A DNA stretch of 32,000 nt from Trichodesmium erythraeum IMS101 (lineage in GTDB: Bacteria > Cyanobacteriota > Cyanobacteriia > Cyanobacteriales > Microcoleaceae): assembly GCF_000014265.1 (NCBI RefSeq), contig NC_008312.1, forward strand, positions 1,170,001 through 1,202,000. Direction: 5' to 3'. A program made the position numbers and the translations under genes. The notes below the pieces were generated by a model, which ran no database searches, had not been told where the DNA came from, and worked only from the letters and a program-made list of their open reading frames with translations. Shown piece after piece: positions 20,194 to 29,262 of this stretch; within the stretch, counting starts at the first letter, position 1, and every line of letters starts with the position of its first letter.

Positions 20194-20901
20194 ATGAATA
20201 AGTGGGTAACGGTGTTCAAACGCATAAGGCAGGACTTAAAAAATGACCTAATTGCAGGTCTATTGGTAGTCATACCATTGGCCACCACAATTTGGCTGAC
20301 TATAACTATTACTTGGTGGGTAATTAATTTTCTCACCAAGATTCCAAAGCAAATTAATCCCTTTGATGGTTTACATCCAATTCTGGTGGGTCTACTAAAT
20401 TTCTTAGTGGGACTAGCAGTACCATTGCTAAGCATCCTAATCATAGGACTGATGGCCAGAAATATTGCGGGAAAATGGCTATTAGATTTAGGAGAGAAAA
20501 TATTACAAGCAATTCCATTTGCTGGCTCAATTTATGGCACTCTCAAGCAAATATTAGAAACTCTGCTCAGGGACTCTAACCAGAGATTTCGCCGTGTGGT
20601 ATTGGTAGAATACCCACGTCGAGAAATTTGGACTATAGCTTTTGTCACAGGCACTATAGGTAACGAAATTAAATCTCATCTAGGAGATTCAATGTTAAGT
20701 TTATTCATTCCTACAACTCCAAATCCCACATCTGGTTGGTACGCTATAGTACCAGAAAAAGATGTGATTAATGTTTCTTTGTCAGTGGAAGATGCTTTTA
20801 AAGTTTTAATATCTGGTGGAATAGTAAATCCTAGTTCAAATTCTGCAGTTAGTGAAGAAAAAATACTCAACAATAAGCTCAAACCAGCACCTCTAGATTA
20901 A
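20194..20901 (+). CDS. DUF502-family integral membrane protein
   Basis: The 235-aa ORF has an ATG start. Its N-terminus (LKNDLIAGLLVVIPLATTIWLT), a second TM segment, and the conserved PTTPNPTSGW block are typical of DUF502. Confidence 0.8.
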   Translation: MNKWVTVFKRIRQDLKNDLIAGLLVVIPLATTIWLTITITWWVINFLTKIPKQINPFDGLHPILVGLLNFLVGLAVPLLSILIIGLMARNIAGKWLLDLGEKILQAIPFAGSIYGTLKQILETLLRDSNQRFRRVVLVEYPRREIWTIAFVTGTIGNEIKSHLGDSMLSLFIPTTPNPTSGWYAIVPEKDVINVSLSVEDAFKVLISGGIVNPSSNSAVSEEKILNNKLKPAPLD

Positions 20902-20970
20902 AGAATTAAGATCAACAACTTTTTGCTGAAAAGGATTTAACAGATTAGACCAGAATATAATACAAAGACT

Positions 20971-21594
20971 ATGAAAAAGACTCCCCGTTCTACAGCTCGC
21001 GAATTAGCTCTTCTTGCCTTAAGTCAATTACCAAAAAAATCAGGGAGTTTAGAAAAAAAGCAACTTCAAGAAGTTGTATTGGCAGCAGTTCGGACTTTAA
21101 GAATAGAGGCCCAAGATATTTTAGAAACTGCAGCAGCAGAACTACAGAGAGGGAGCGATCGCCTTCTGAATAGTCAGATAGACACTACTGATATTGAAAG
21201 TGCTAGAGTAATGCTTTATGAAGCCATAGAGTTAGGCCAAACAGCAATTAATCGTATTGGAACTGCTGTTGAATTACCAGAAATGCTTCAACTTACTAAT
21301 CAATTAGAAGTTCGCAGCTATGCTATGGAAGTTCTAACAAAAGTAAATGGTAATAGAAAAGAAGTTGATAAATTACTCCAAGAATCAATAGTGGATTGGC
21401 AGATAGAACGTTTACCCAGAATTGACCTAGATATACTTAGAATTGCAGTAGCAGAAATGATGTTTATTGGAATTCAAAAACAAGTGGCAATTAGTGAAGC
21501 AGTAGAGCTAGCCAAGCGTTATAGTGGTGAAGATGGGTATAAGTTTATCAATGGAGTGTTGCGAAGAGTTTTTGATAAAATTAATGTAATTTGA
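20971..21594 (+). CDS. nusB: Transcription antitermination factor NusB (long cyanobacterial form)
   Basis: The 207-aa ORF opens with RSTARELALLAL. The C-terminal block is IERLPRIDLDILRIAVAEM...AISEAVELAKRYSGEDGYKFINGVLRRV, which is characteristic of NusB. Confidence 0.9.
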   Translation: MKKTPRSTARELALLALSQLPKKSGSLEKKQLQEVVLAAVRTLRIEAQDILETAAAELQRGSDRLLNSQIDTTDIESARVMLYEAIELGQTAINRIGTAVELPEMLQLTNQLEVRSYAMEVLTKVNGNRKEVDKLLQESIVDWQIERLPRIDLDILRIAVAEMMFIGIQKQVAISEAVELAKRYSGEDGYKFINGVLRRVFDKINVI

Positions 21595-21639
21595 GGGGTC
21601 AAAGTCAAACTTAAAAGTTAAAAGTTAGATTTGATTGGA

Positions 21640-21890
21640 GCAGGAATTAGGGAAAAACACTAGCAGTTCCCAGAAACTGTAGTGCCAGGGTATATATGTG
21701 TTATTACATCGTGGATTAGAGATAGGAACTCTGGGGAAGGTAAACAGCCTCTCAAGTCTGTTTGTCGGGGGTTTATTACCTAGACAAGTGGCGTGGAGGC
21801 AGGAATACTTGCTCAATCTTGAGGTTGGGAAACCCGTACTGTATTCGTAGGGTCAGTGTCGGGAAGATGTCACAATAGTAATATGTAAAA
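21640..21890 (+). ncRNA. Candidate structured RNA or ftsY leader (family unknown)
   Basis: By hand count, 21661-21880 is about 46% GC (101/220), versus about 22% in a typical spacer sample (13441-13500), with G>C on the + strand (37 vs 22 over 21721-21840). Helices are GCCTC (21747-51)/GAGGC (21796-800) enclosing a 9-bp helix 21758-66/21783-91 that needs 3 G-U pairs, so it only works on the + strand. There is also CTCA-ATCT-TGAG (21812-23). No Rfam family is recognised. Confidence 0.35.
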
Positions 21891-21895
21891 TAAAT

Positions 21896-23557
21896 ATGGT
21901 TTTTAATTGGTTCCGTCGTAAGTATAATGATAGTTCAGACAAAACTTCAAAGGAGAAACCTGCACCTAAAAAAGAAAAGTTAGAAGCAGCTGTTGAATCA
22001 CAAGAAAAATCAGAGCAGGAGTCTACAGACAGTAAAGAAGATTATTTGAGTTGGGCTAAAGCAGCCTATAAAAATATTCAAGAACAGAAAAAAGCTCAAG
22101 ATAGTGTTCAAGATGCTACAGGTACTTTTGAAAAAGAGGAAAAGCTAGAAACTCAAACAACTGCTACAACAGTAAAGGTTGATCCAAGTATACCAGAGCC
22201 ACCCAAAATTAAAGAACAAGAAGATATTGCAGGACAAAAAACAGAATCTACATCTACAAGCACTCAGGCCGAACTAATTCCAAGTGTAAGGGAAACTGCT
22301 CCAAGGGAAATAAAATCCTCAGAATTAAAAATTCCAGTAGAGTCAGATTCAGTGTTAGAGACAACTGCAGTAGTTGATAAAGTAGATGAAGATTTACCTT
22401 TCTGGGCTAAAGCTCAAGCGGAAAGACAAGCAAGGGTAGAACGTCTTAAAGAAACTGCTATAGAAGAACCAGAACCAGAAATTCTTCAAGAAATAACTGT
22501 AGATAACGAAACAGAAGAAATAGACCCGATAATTATTGATGAAGCATTTCTCTGGTCAGCAGAAGTTTTAGCAGCTCAAGGTCGTCGCCCAGATCAGGTT
22601 TCTGCTGAAGAAATTACTTGGTTGAAGAAATTACGGCAAGGCTTAGATAGAACTCGACGCAACTTGCTCAACCAATTGAAGGCAATTGTTGGCCAAGGAC
22701 CTCTAAATCAAGATGCGGTAATGGAAATAGAGTCAATGTTGCTACAAGCTGATGTTGGAGTAGAAGCTACTGACTATATTATAGAAACCCTACAAAATAA
22801 GTTGCGCTCAGAAGCTTTACCTCTAAAAGAGGCGATCGCTTATTTAAAAAAAATCTTACGAGACATCCTTGATGAGCCATTCAAAGATTTGGAAGTGGCT
22901 AGTGCTGCATATAACTTAACTTTTGTCCCAGAAAAGGATTCCCTAAATATTTGGCTCTTGAATGGTGTAAATGGAGCTGGTAAGACTACAACTATTGGTA
23001 AAATTGCTCATTTAGCTACCAAGTCAGATTACAAATGTTTAATCGCAGCTGCAGATACATTTCGAGCTGCGGCAGTAGAACAATTAACAATTTGGGGACA
23101 ACGAAGTGAAGTAGAGGTAATAGCTAATCCTGGTAAAAATACTGATCCAGCAGCAATAGTTTTTGATGCTATACTAGCAGCTCAAAGCAGAAATACGGAA
23201 TTGTTACTGGTAGATACAGCCGGAAGACTACAAAATAAGAAAAATTTAATGGATGAACTGAGTAAAATTCATCGCATAGTAAATAGAAAAGCTCCAGATG
23301 CAGTAGTAGAATCCCTACTGGTATTAGATGCTACACTTGGTCAAAATGGTTTACGACAAGCAGAAGTATTTGCTAAAGCTGCTAAACTAAGTGGCGTAGT
23401 TTTAACAAAACTTGACGGAACTGCTAAAGGTGGTGTGGCACTTGCTGTTGTAAAGCAATTGGGTTTACCTATTCGCTTTATTGGTGTGGGAGAAAAAATA
23501 GAAGACCTCCGTCCATTTTCTAGTTATGAATTTGTTGAAGCTCTTATAAGTGGTTAA
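21896..23557 (+). CDS. ftsY: Signal recognition particle receptor FtsY
   Basis: The 553-aa ORF starts MVFNWFRRK and has a long acidic E/K-rich A-domain. The NG domain carries G1 GVNGAGKTTTIGK, DTAGR and TKLDGTAKGG. Confidence 0.95.
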   Translation: MVFNWFRRKYNDSSDKTSKEKPAPKKEKLEAAVESQEKSEQESTDSKEDYLSWAKAAYKNIQEQKKAQDSVQDATGTFEKEEKLETQTTATTVKVDPSIPEPPKIKEQEDIAGQKTESTSTSTQAELIPSVRETAPREIKSSELKIPVESDSVLETTAVVDKVDEDLPFWAKAQAERQARVERLKETAIEEPEPEILQEITVDNETEEIDPIIIDEAFLWSAEVLAAQGRRPDQVSAEEITWLKKLRQGLDRTRRNLLNQLKAIVGQGPLNQDAVMEIESMLLQADVGVEATDYIIETLQNKLRSEALPLKEAIAYLKKILRDILDEPFKDLEVASAAYNLTFVPEKDSLNIWLLNGVNGAGKTTTIGKIAHLATKSDYKCLIAAADTFRAAAVEQLTIWGQRSEVEVIANPGKNTDPAAIVFDAILAAQSRNTELLLVDTAGRLQNKKNLMDELSKIHRIVNRKAPDAVVESLLVLDATLGQNGLRQAEVFAKAAKLSGVVLTKLDGTAKGGVALAVVKQLGLPIRFIGVGEKIEDLRPFSSYEFVEALISG

Positions 23558-24174
23558 AGGTTTATTGCTTTGACCATTGAGAATGAGAAACTGTACTGAA
23601 GTAGCAGTTGTCAAAAAATCTATGTTTTTATTTTTGGTATTTTGATCTTCCTGTAGCCCAGGTATATGAAGTACCATAGCTGTACTTGACTTTTAATGAA
23701 ATCCTCTGTGTGTAAGTTAAAGATTGATATTATTTTTATTAGTTATGTTTTTATTTATTTTTAGAAAACTAAATTAGCTATAAGTAGTCTCAAGAATGGG
23801 AAGATGATAAAATTGATTTTACAAAAACTCTTAAAGATAACTTATGGTGAATTTGATTCGGTGACATCATATTTATATAAAAACACAAAAAAATAAAGAG
23901 TAATACTTAGTCATAAATGATGACTTAAAACTAGACTTAATCTCCTACTAACTCATAAAAATAATAACTCTATAAGTCATGCTTAATAAATTTTAAGCAA
24001 GCAAGATTGTAGTTTTCGCATTTTGCAGAATAAATTCAAACATAGTTCCAATCAAAATTATCAACGAAGCAGCAATCTAGGAAAACAATAAATCTCATAA
24101 TTTCAGCTTATGAAATAATACACACTATCAGGTATCAATAAATTTTAGTCTATCAATCTATCAAAAAAAAATCT

Positions 24175-25599
24175 ATGAATGTACTACCTGTATATGGAAA
24201 TTCCCCTGAACCTAGTGACCATATTGCTACTGAAAATTCCTCACCAGTAACCTCTGCATCTGCTATTCAAAAAATGGTGGCTCGTTTAAATAAGGAACAA
24301 CAAAATGTTAATGATTTATTAAGTTCTCTAGGCTTTGCCTTGCGTAGCTTCAATAATCTCAACCAGTTTCTAGAATTAATTCCACTTATGGGCTGTCGAG
24401 TAACTGATGCAGATGGCGGGGCGTTGGTATTATTTAAGCCTAATGGACAGGTTAGGTTCCAACAATTACACTGCCAAGAAGGCCAAAAATGTCAGGATAT
24501 CCGAAAAGCATTAGAAATAGCAACTCGTCAATTGATTGCAGAAACAACCTTGCTTGCCGAACTGCAGGAAGTGTCTATTCAAGCTGCTAGTCTAGACTAC
24601 CAAGTTAGCAATTATTTAGGAAATGATGTTCAATTATTTGGCACGTCAATTCTAGTAAAAAACTCAGAACGAGGCCGTTTATATGTATTTAGTCACGACC
24701 CAGAATATGCTTGGACACCAACAAGGCAAAAATTAATTCGCCTAGTAGCAGACCAGACAGCAGTAGCGATCGCCAATGATGAACTATCTAGTTCCTTACG
24801 AGAAAAAGAACGTTTAGACCGAGAAGTGGAAATAGGGGCAGAAATTCAACTCCAACTATTACCACCAAAATGTCCAGAAATTCCTGGTGTTACCCTGGCA
24901 GCACGGTGTAAAACAGCGAACCGAGTAGGAGGAGATTATTATGACTTTATTCCCTCTAACTACGACCAGGTTAATTCTAAGCAAAAAAAACAGGACTCCT
25001 GTAAGTGGAGTATTGTAATTGGAGATGTCATGGGTAAAGGCGTACCTGCGGGTTTAATTATGACCATGACCAGAGGAATGTTGAGAGCGGAGGTATTAAA
25101 CCGCCACTCACCAGCACGAGTACTACAACATTTGAACCAAGTTATGTACGCTGATCTGGAAAATTCCCATAGATTTGTAACTTTATTTTATTCAGAGTAT
25201 GATCCAGAAACTACAATTTTGTCCTATAGTAATGCTGCTCACCATCCTCCCATGTTGTGGCAAGCTGCTAGTAATTCTATTGTGAATTTGGATACTCTGG
25301 GAATGTTAATTGGTTTGGAAGTAGATTCTGAATATAATGAAGCACAAGTAAAACTTCATCCAGGAGATACTATCATTTATTACACAGATGGGTTTACAGA
25401 TGCAGCTAATAAGCACGGCGATCGTTATGATGATATTAAGTTAAGTCAAGCGTTCAAATTTGCGTGTCAAAATTATCAAGAACCACAAGAAATATTAGAT
25501 TATTTATTTGAGCAAGTGGATCAATTTGTTGGAGTAGAAAATAATAACCCAGATGATATGACTCTAGTGGTAATGAGGGTAAAACTTAATGAAAAATAA
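24175..25599 (+). CDS. GAF-domain PP2C/SpoIIE-family serine phosphatase (RsbU-like)
   Basis: The 474-aa ORF has a GAF-like N-terminal half. The C-terminal PP2C/SpoIIE motifs are GGDYYDF, GDVMGKGVPAG, YSNAAHHPP, TDGFTDA and DDMTLVV. Confidence 0.85.
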   Translation: MNVLPVYGNSPEPSDHIATENSSPVTSASAIQKMVARLNKEQQNVNDLLSSLGFALRSFNNLNQFLELIPLMGCRVTDADGGALVLFKPNGQVRFQQLHCQEGQKCQDIRKALEIATRQLIAETTLLAELQEVSIQAASLDYQVSNYLGNDVQLFGTSILVKNSERGRLYVFSHDPEYAWTPTRQKLIRLVADQTAVAIANDELSSSLREKERLDREVEIGAEIQLQLLPPKCPEIPGVTLAARCKTANRVGGDYYDFIPSNYDQVNSKQKKQDSCKWSIVIGDVMGKGVPAGLIMTMTRGMLRAEVLNRHSPARVLQHLNQVMYADLENSHRFVTLFYSEYDPETTILSYSNAAHHPPMLWQAASNSIVNLDTLGMLIGLEVDSEYNEAQVKLHPGDTIIYYTDGFTDAANKHGDRYDDIKLSQAFKFACQNYQEPQEILDYLFEQVDQFVGVENNNPDDMTLVVMRVKLNEK

Positions 25600-25938
25600 C
25601 GGTAATTAAAAGATATCAAGTTGTTTCTATGACTCTGACAGAATAAATAGATTCTCAAGCATATAATTGATAAATAATTAGATAGGAATATGATTAATAA
25701 TTACAGTAATTATTGATATTTACTAGGATTAAAAATATTGTCTAGTCAGCAACTTTTTACTTAACAACTTGATGTAGATTTATGGGCAGGCATACAAAAA
25801 TATGGGAACAAATTTATAAAATGTGGTCAGGGATGAACAATATTTAGTTGTTCTGATAATTGGTTAGATAGTTAAAAGTATTTAACCATAATTACTCGCT
25901 ATTAATAATTTTATTAAATAGGAAAAAAAATCAGTAAA

Positions 25939-27330
25939 ATGAAGCAAGATAGACAAACATGGAGCCAAAGATTTGAAAAAGCACTGCATCCTATGATAGC
26001 TAGATTTAATGCTAGTATTAGCTTTGATATTGAATTGATTGAGCATGATATAAATGGCTCAGTAGCTCATACAAAAATGTTAGCTAAAACAGGTATTATC
26101 TCCGCTGAAGAAGGAGAAAAATTATTGACAGGTTTAGAACAAATTCGTCAAGAATATATAACCGGAAATTTTCATATAGTTGAAGATGCTGAAGACGTTC
26201 ACTTTGCTGTCGAAAAAAGACTGATAGAAATCACTGGAGATGTAGGCAAAAAACTACATACAGCTAGGTCTAGAAATGACCAAGTAGGAACTGATACTAG
26301 GCTTTATTTACGAGAAAAAATTGAACAAATTCGGTTTTTATTGATCAAATTTCAAAAAGTTATATTAGAATTAGCTGAGTCTAATATTGAAACTTTAATC
26401 CCTGGTTATACTCACTTACAAAGAGCGCAACCTTTGAGTTTAGCTCATCATCTTTTGGCTTATTTTCATAAGGCGGAAAGAGATTGGGAAAGGCTAGGAG
26501 ATGTTTATCGTCGAGTTAATATTTCTCCCCTTGGTTGTGGTGCTTTAGCTGGTACAACTTTTCCTATTGATAGACACTATACTGCTGAGTTATTAGGGTT
26601 TGAAAAACCTTATGCTAATAGTTTAGATGGCGTAAGTGACAGAGATTTTGCTATTGAATTTCTTTGCGCAGCTAGTATAATTATGGTGCATTTAAGTCGT
26701 TTGGCTGAAGAAATAATTGTGTGGTCATCTGAAGAATTTAGGTTTGTAACTTTAACTGATGTTTGTTCCACAGGCTCGAGTATTATGCCTCAAAAAAAGA
26801 ATCCTGATGTACCAGAGTTAGTTAGGGGAAAAACAGGTCGAGTATTTGGTCATTTACAAAGTATGTTAGTGGTGATGAAGGGTCTGCCACTAGCATATAA
26901 TAAAGACTTGCAAGAAGATAAAGAAGGTTTGTTTGATAGTATTAAAACTGTTAAAAGTTGTCTGGAGGCAATGACAATTTTATTGGAGGAAGGTTTGGAA
27001 TTTAACAGTGATCGCCTAACAGAAGCAGTAGCAGAAGATTTTTCTAATGCTACAGATGTGGCAGATTATTTAGCAGCTCGTGGTGTACCATTTCGAGAAG
27101 CTTATAATTTAGTAGGTAAGGTTGTGAAAACTTGTATTTCTGGTGGTAAATTACTGAAAGATTTAACTATAAAAGAATGGAAGGAATTACATCCTGTTTT
27201 TGCAAGTGACATTTATGAAGCGATAACCCCTTACCAAGTAGTGTCTGCACGCAATAGCTATGGTGGAACTGGTTTTAAACAAGTAAAAACAGAAATTGAC
27301 GTTGCCAAGCAAAAATTGGCAGAAAAATAA
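25939..27330 (+). CDS. argH: Argininosuccinate lyase
   Basis: The 463-aa ORF has the fumarate-lyase signature [12 protein letters not shown]. Its N-terminal WSQRF...FNASI block and TARSRNDQV are typical of ArgH. Confidence 0.96.
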   Translation: MKQDRQTWSQRFEKALHPMIARFNASISFDIELIEHDINGSVAHTKMLAKTGIISAEEGEKLLTGLEQIRQEYITGNFHIVEDAEDVHFAVEKRLIEITGDVGKKLHTARSRNDQVGTDTRLYLREKIEQIRFLLIKFQKVILELAESNIETLIPGYTHLQRAQPLSLAHHLLAYFHKAERDWERLGDVYRRVNISPLGCGALAGTTFPIDRHYTAELLGFEKPYANSLDGVSDRDFAIEFLCAASIIMVHLSRLAEEIIVWSSEEFRFVTLTDVCSTGSSIMPQKKNPDVPELVRGKTGRVFGHLQSMLVVMKGLPLAYNKDLQEDKEGLFDSIKTVKSCLEAMTILLEEGLEFNSDRLTEAVAEDFSNATDVADYLAARGVPFREAYNLVGKVVKTCISGGKLLKDLTIKEWKELHPVFASDIYEAITPYQVVSARNSYGGTGFKQVKTEIDVAKQKLAEK

Positions 27331-27340
27331 ATAAATTTGG

Positions 27341-27386
27341 CTTCAAGCCTCACCCATAAGTGGGCTACCTTTGAGTTGTTTTTTTT
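27341..27386 (+). terminator. Probable intrinsic terminator of argH
   Basis: An imperfect hairpin (AGCCT...GGGCT top stem, with a lower stem CTTCAA/TTTGAG that includes a wobble and a mismatch) is followed by GTTGTTTTTTTTG (T8). It begins about 10 nt after the argH stop. Confidence 0.5.
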
Positions 27387-27423
27387 GAATAAATACGGAT
27401 ATTATTATTGATACTATGAGTGC

Positions 27424-27490
27424 TAACAATTGTTAACAATACACAGTAAGAGGCTCCTGACATTCTGGGGAGCTCCCAATGCCTACTGTG
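27424..27490. other. 12-bp palindrome TAACAATTGTTA adjacent to a nested hairpin element
   Basis: TAACAATTGTTA (27424-27435) is a perfect palindrome. CACAGTA (27442-48) pairs with TACTGTG (27484-90). This encloses AGGC/GCCT and the 10-bp palindrome GGGAGCTCCC. Confidence 0.35.
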
Positions 27491-28010
27491 AAAAATTCTA
27501 GGCACTTTTAAGTACTTATATCGCCTTGCTGGCTGGCCGCTTACAGAAGTTTAATTACAATGTCTAGAAGTTAGGTAACAGAAAGCTTGAGTTCGGTTAC
27601 TTAGTGGGATGATGTGAAAGTACGAACTAATCTTATACTCTAACTATACCAAAACCAGTGAAGCTTGATAAGTATAGTCATATCAGTATATATAAACTTA
27701 TATAAATAAATCTCGGCAAATCAGTAATATTTAAATAGCCTACATACAGAGGAACAGGAAATTTATAGAGGAGATAGTCGGATTTATTTTTGACTTGCTG
27801 CTCTCTGACTAGGGGCTCACCTAAAGTACTAATTTTTTAAGTTTTCCTAACCGAATATCATGCGCAATAATCGATCCTAAAAAGACTAAAATAAATACTA
27901 ATCAAGGCTTTGATATTTAATTAGCAAGGCCTAACTATATTATTGATTGTGTTTTAAATCACGAAATTTTATCTCATAACCTGGCTTCTGTGTAAGTCCT
28001 ATAATTATTA

Positions 28011-28091
28011 AAATCTAGATGGGATTATCTAATTTTCAAATCTAGATTTGACTATATAATTTTCAAATCTAGATTTTATATTTCAAAATTC
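28011..28091. repeat. 3 x 27-bp degenerate tandem repeat, each unit headed by an AAATCTAGAT(TT) palindrome
   Basis: Units start at 28011, 28038 and 28065, exactly 27 bp apart. Units 2 and 3 carry the perfect 12-bp palindrome AAATCTAGATTT, and unit 1 carries AAATCTAGAT. Each unit ends in AATTTTC or AAAATTC. Confidence 0.75.
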
Positions 28092-28129
28092 ATAGTTAAG
28101 AACTTTGAACATTAAAATATTAAAACATA

Positions 28130-28312
28130 CTATTCTTCTACAGCACTAGTAGTCTCTTCTGATTGATCGTTACCGTTTTGATTATTACCAGATGTAAACT
28201 TAGATGAATATCGCTTTGAGAAAAAACCTGTATTCTTCTTTTTACGAAACTTGCGTGCGTAAGCTTGATTACGTTGTGCTTTTTCTTTTTTTGGATTGCG
28301 GCGTTTAGCCAT
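28130..28312 (-). CDS. Small, highly basic hypothetical protein (60 aa)
   Basis: The sequence is MAKRRNPKKEKAQRNQAYARKFRKKKNTGFF... with an acidic C-terminal tail. I prefer the ATG at 28312 over the ORF-track start at 28333, because GTGAGGT (Shine-Dalgarno-like) sits about 6 nt upstream of it. No family is recognised. Confidence 0.6.
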   Translation of the reverse strand: MAKRRNPKKEKAQRNQAYARKFRKKKNTGFFSKRYSSKFTSGNNQNGNDQSEETTSAVEE

Positions 28313-29186
28313 TATAACCTCACTAATTAACATCCTCTGAAAGCCATAAATGGGGATTAGCTTCCTAAAAGCTACACTGAGCTATGACCCAAGATTCCTA
28401 AATCTCAAACTGGCGCGATCTAACTGATATTGCGCCTACCTTCCAAAATTGACTCTTTTCAGGCTTTATGGCCGTTACACAGTGGTTTGCAAAAGTGGCC
28501 AATATTTTGCCCCCTGTAGAACTTTCCTAGATACTGCTAATTTAACAGTAAAAATATTTGGTTAAATATATCACTTACTTTCTCAGGAAGCAAGAGTTTT
28601 TTCAAAATTCTTGATATTAGACCAACTATATACCATTATCAACAACTACTTAATACTCTTTCTCGACCACTGGTATTAAGTTATAAGTATTTTTTGGGCA
28701 TACATAATTAGGAGAAATCCCTAGAAGGTTTAGAAAATAGATAGAATATTCTGTATTTTCTAATAACATTGGTCTAGCCAAGTCTAAAATATAGATTTGG
28801 ATTATGAAGGATTTGACGAGTTGAATCTCTAAATTTGTATATAAACTCTATATAAACTTATTTAACAAAAAAACTAAAAACCGCATTATCAAAAAAGCCC
28901 AGTTAATTATCTATAGTTTTTTCTTTAAATTTATAAATGATATTATTTTCAAGCTTCTATTAACTCTAATATTAAGTATCTAGAACTACTTATTAAAAAA
29001 GATTTGAATCATCTCGAAAGTAATGACGACTATTAATATAATATTTATGAAAATACTAACTGTGGGAAAATTTTAGGAAATGGGAGATTGGGAGCAATTG
29101 ATAGGAGAAAAGTATTTTTATTATGGCTAATGAATGAGACTTAATTAAGGCTCAAATTTCATCCCATTTTTCCCACTTCTACTATT

Positions 29187-29205
29187 TGCGGGCAAGATAC
29201 CCGCA
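29187..29205 (-). terminator. Hairpin downstream of the BciB-like gene
   Basis: TGCGGG-CAAGATA-CCCGCA forms a perfect 6-bp GC-rich stem about 58 nt beyond the stop codon at 29263. No U-tract follows on either strand. Confidence 0.3.
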
Positions 29206-29262
29206 TACTAAGATTTCTAAAATTAATATTTGTACCTAACATACAGAAAATCTGCTGTATAA

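Noticed and set aside
21625-21850. 63-aa minus-strand ORF and 50-codon plus-strand frame in the nusB-ftsY island as protein genes
   Set aside because: Open frames on both strands are expected in a locally GC-richer patch. The plus frame has about 48% GC3 versus roughly 25% in real genes here. It has no ATG, no ribosome-binding site and no recognisable protein motif. It is treated as a candidate RNA instead.
21850-21875. SRP (4.5S) RNA just upstream of ftsY, suggested by GGTCAGTGTCGGGAAGATGTCAC and GGGGAAGGTAAACAGCC
   Set aside because: The resemblance to the conserved GUCAGGUCCGGAAGGAAGCAGC helix-8 core is superficial. The GGAA tetraloop closing stem and the AGCA loop cannot be formed, so this is not an ffs gene.
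27689-27712. TATATAAACT(T/C)TATATAAA motif recurring at 27689 and 28838, with a weaker copy at 15266
   Set aside because: It is low-complexity AT-rich sequence, and matches of this length are expected by chance at this base composition.
28355-28392. tRNA 5'-half-like string on the minus strand (GGGTCATAGCTCAGTGTAGCT)
   Set aside because: No anticodon arm, T-arm (GGTTCGAAT-type) or acceptor complement follows. It lies within the leader of the small basic protein gene and is probably coincidental.
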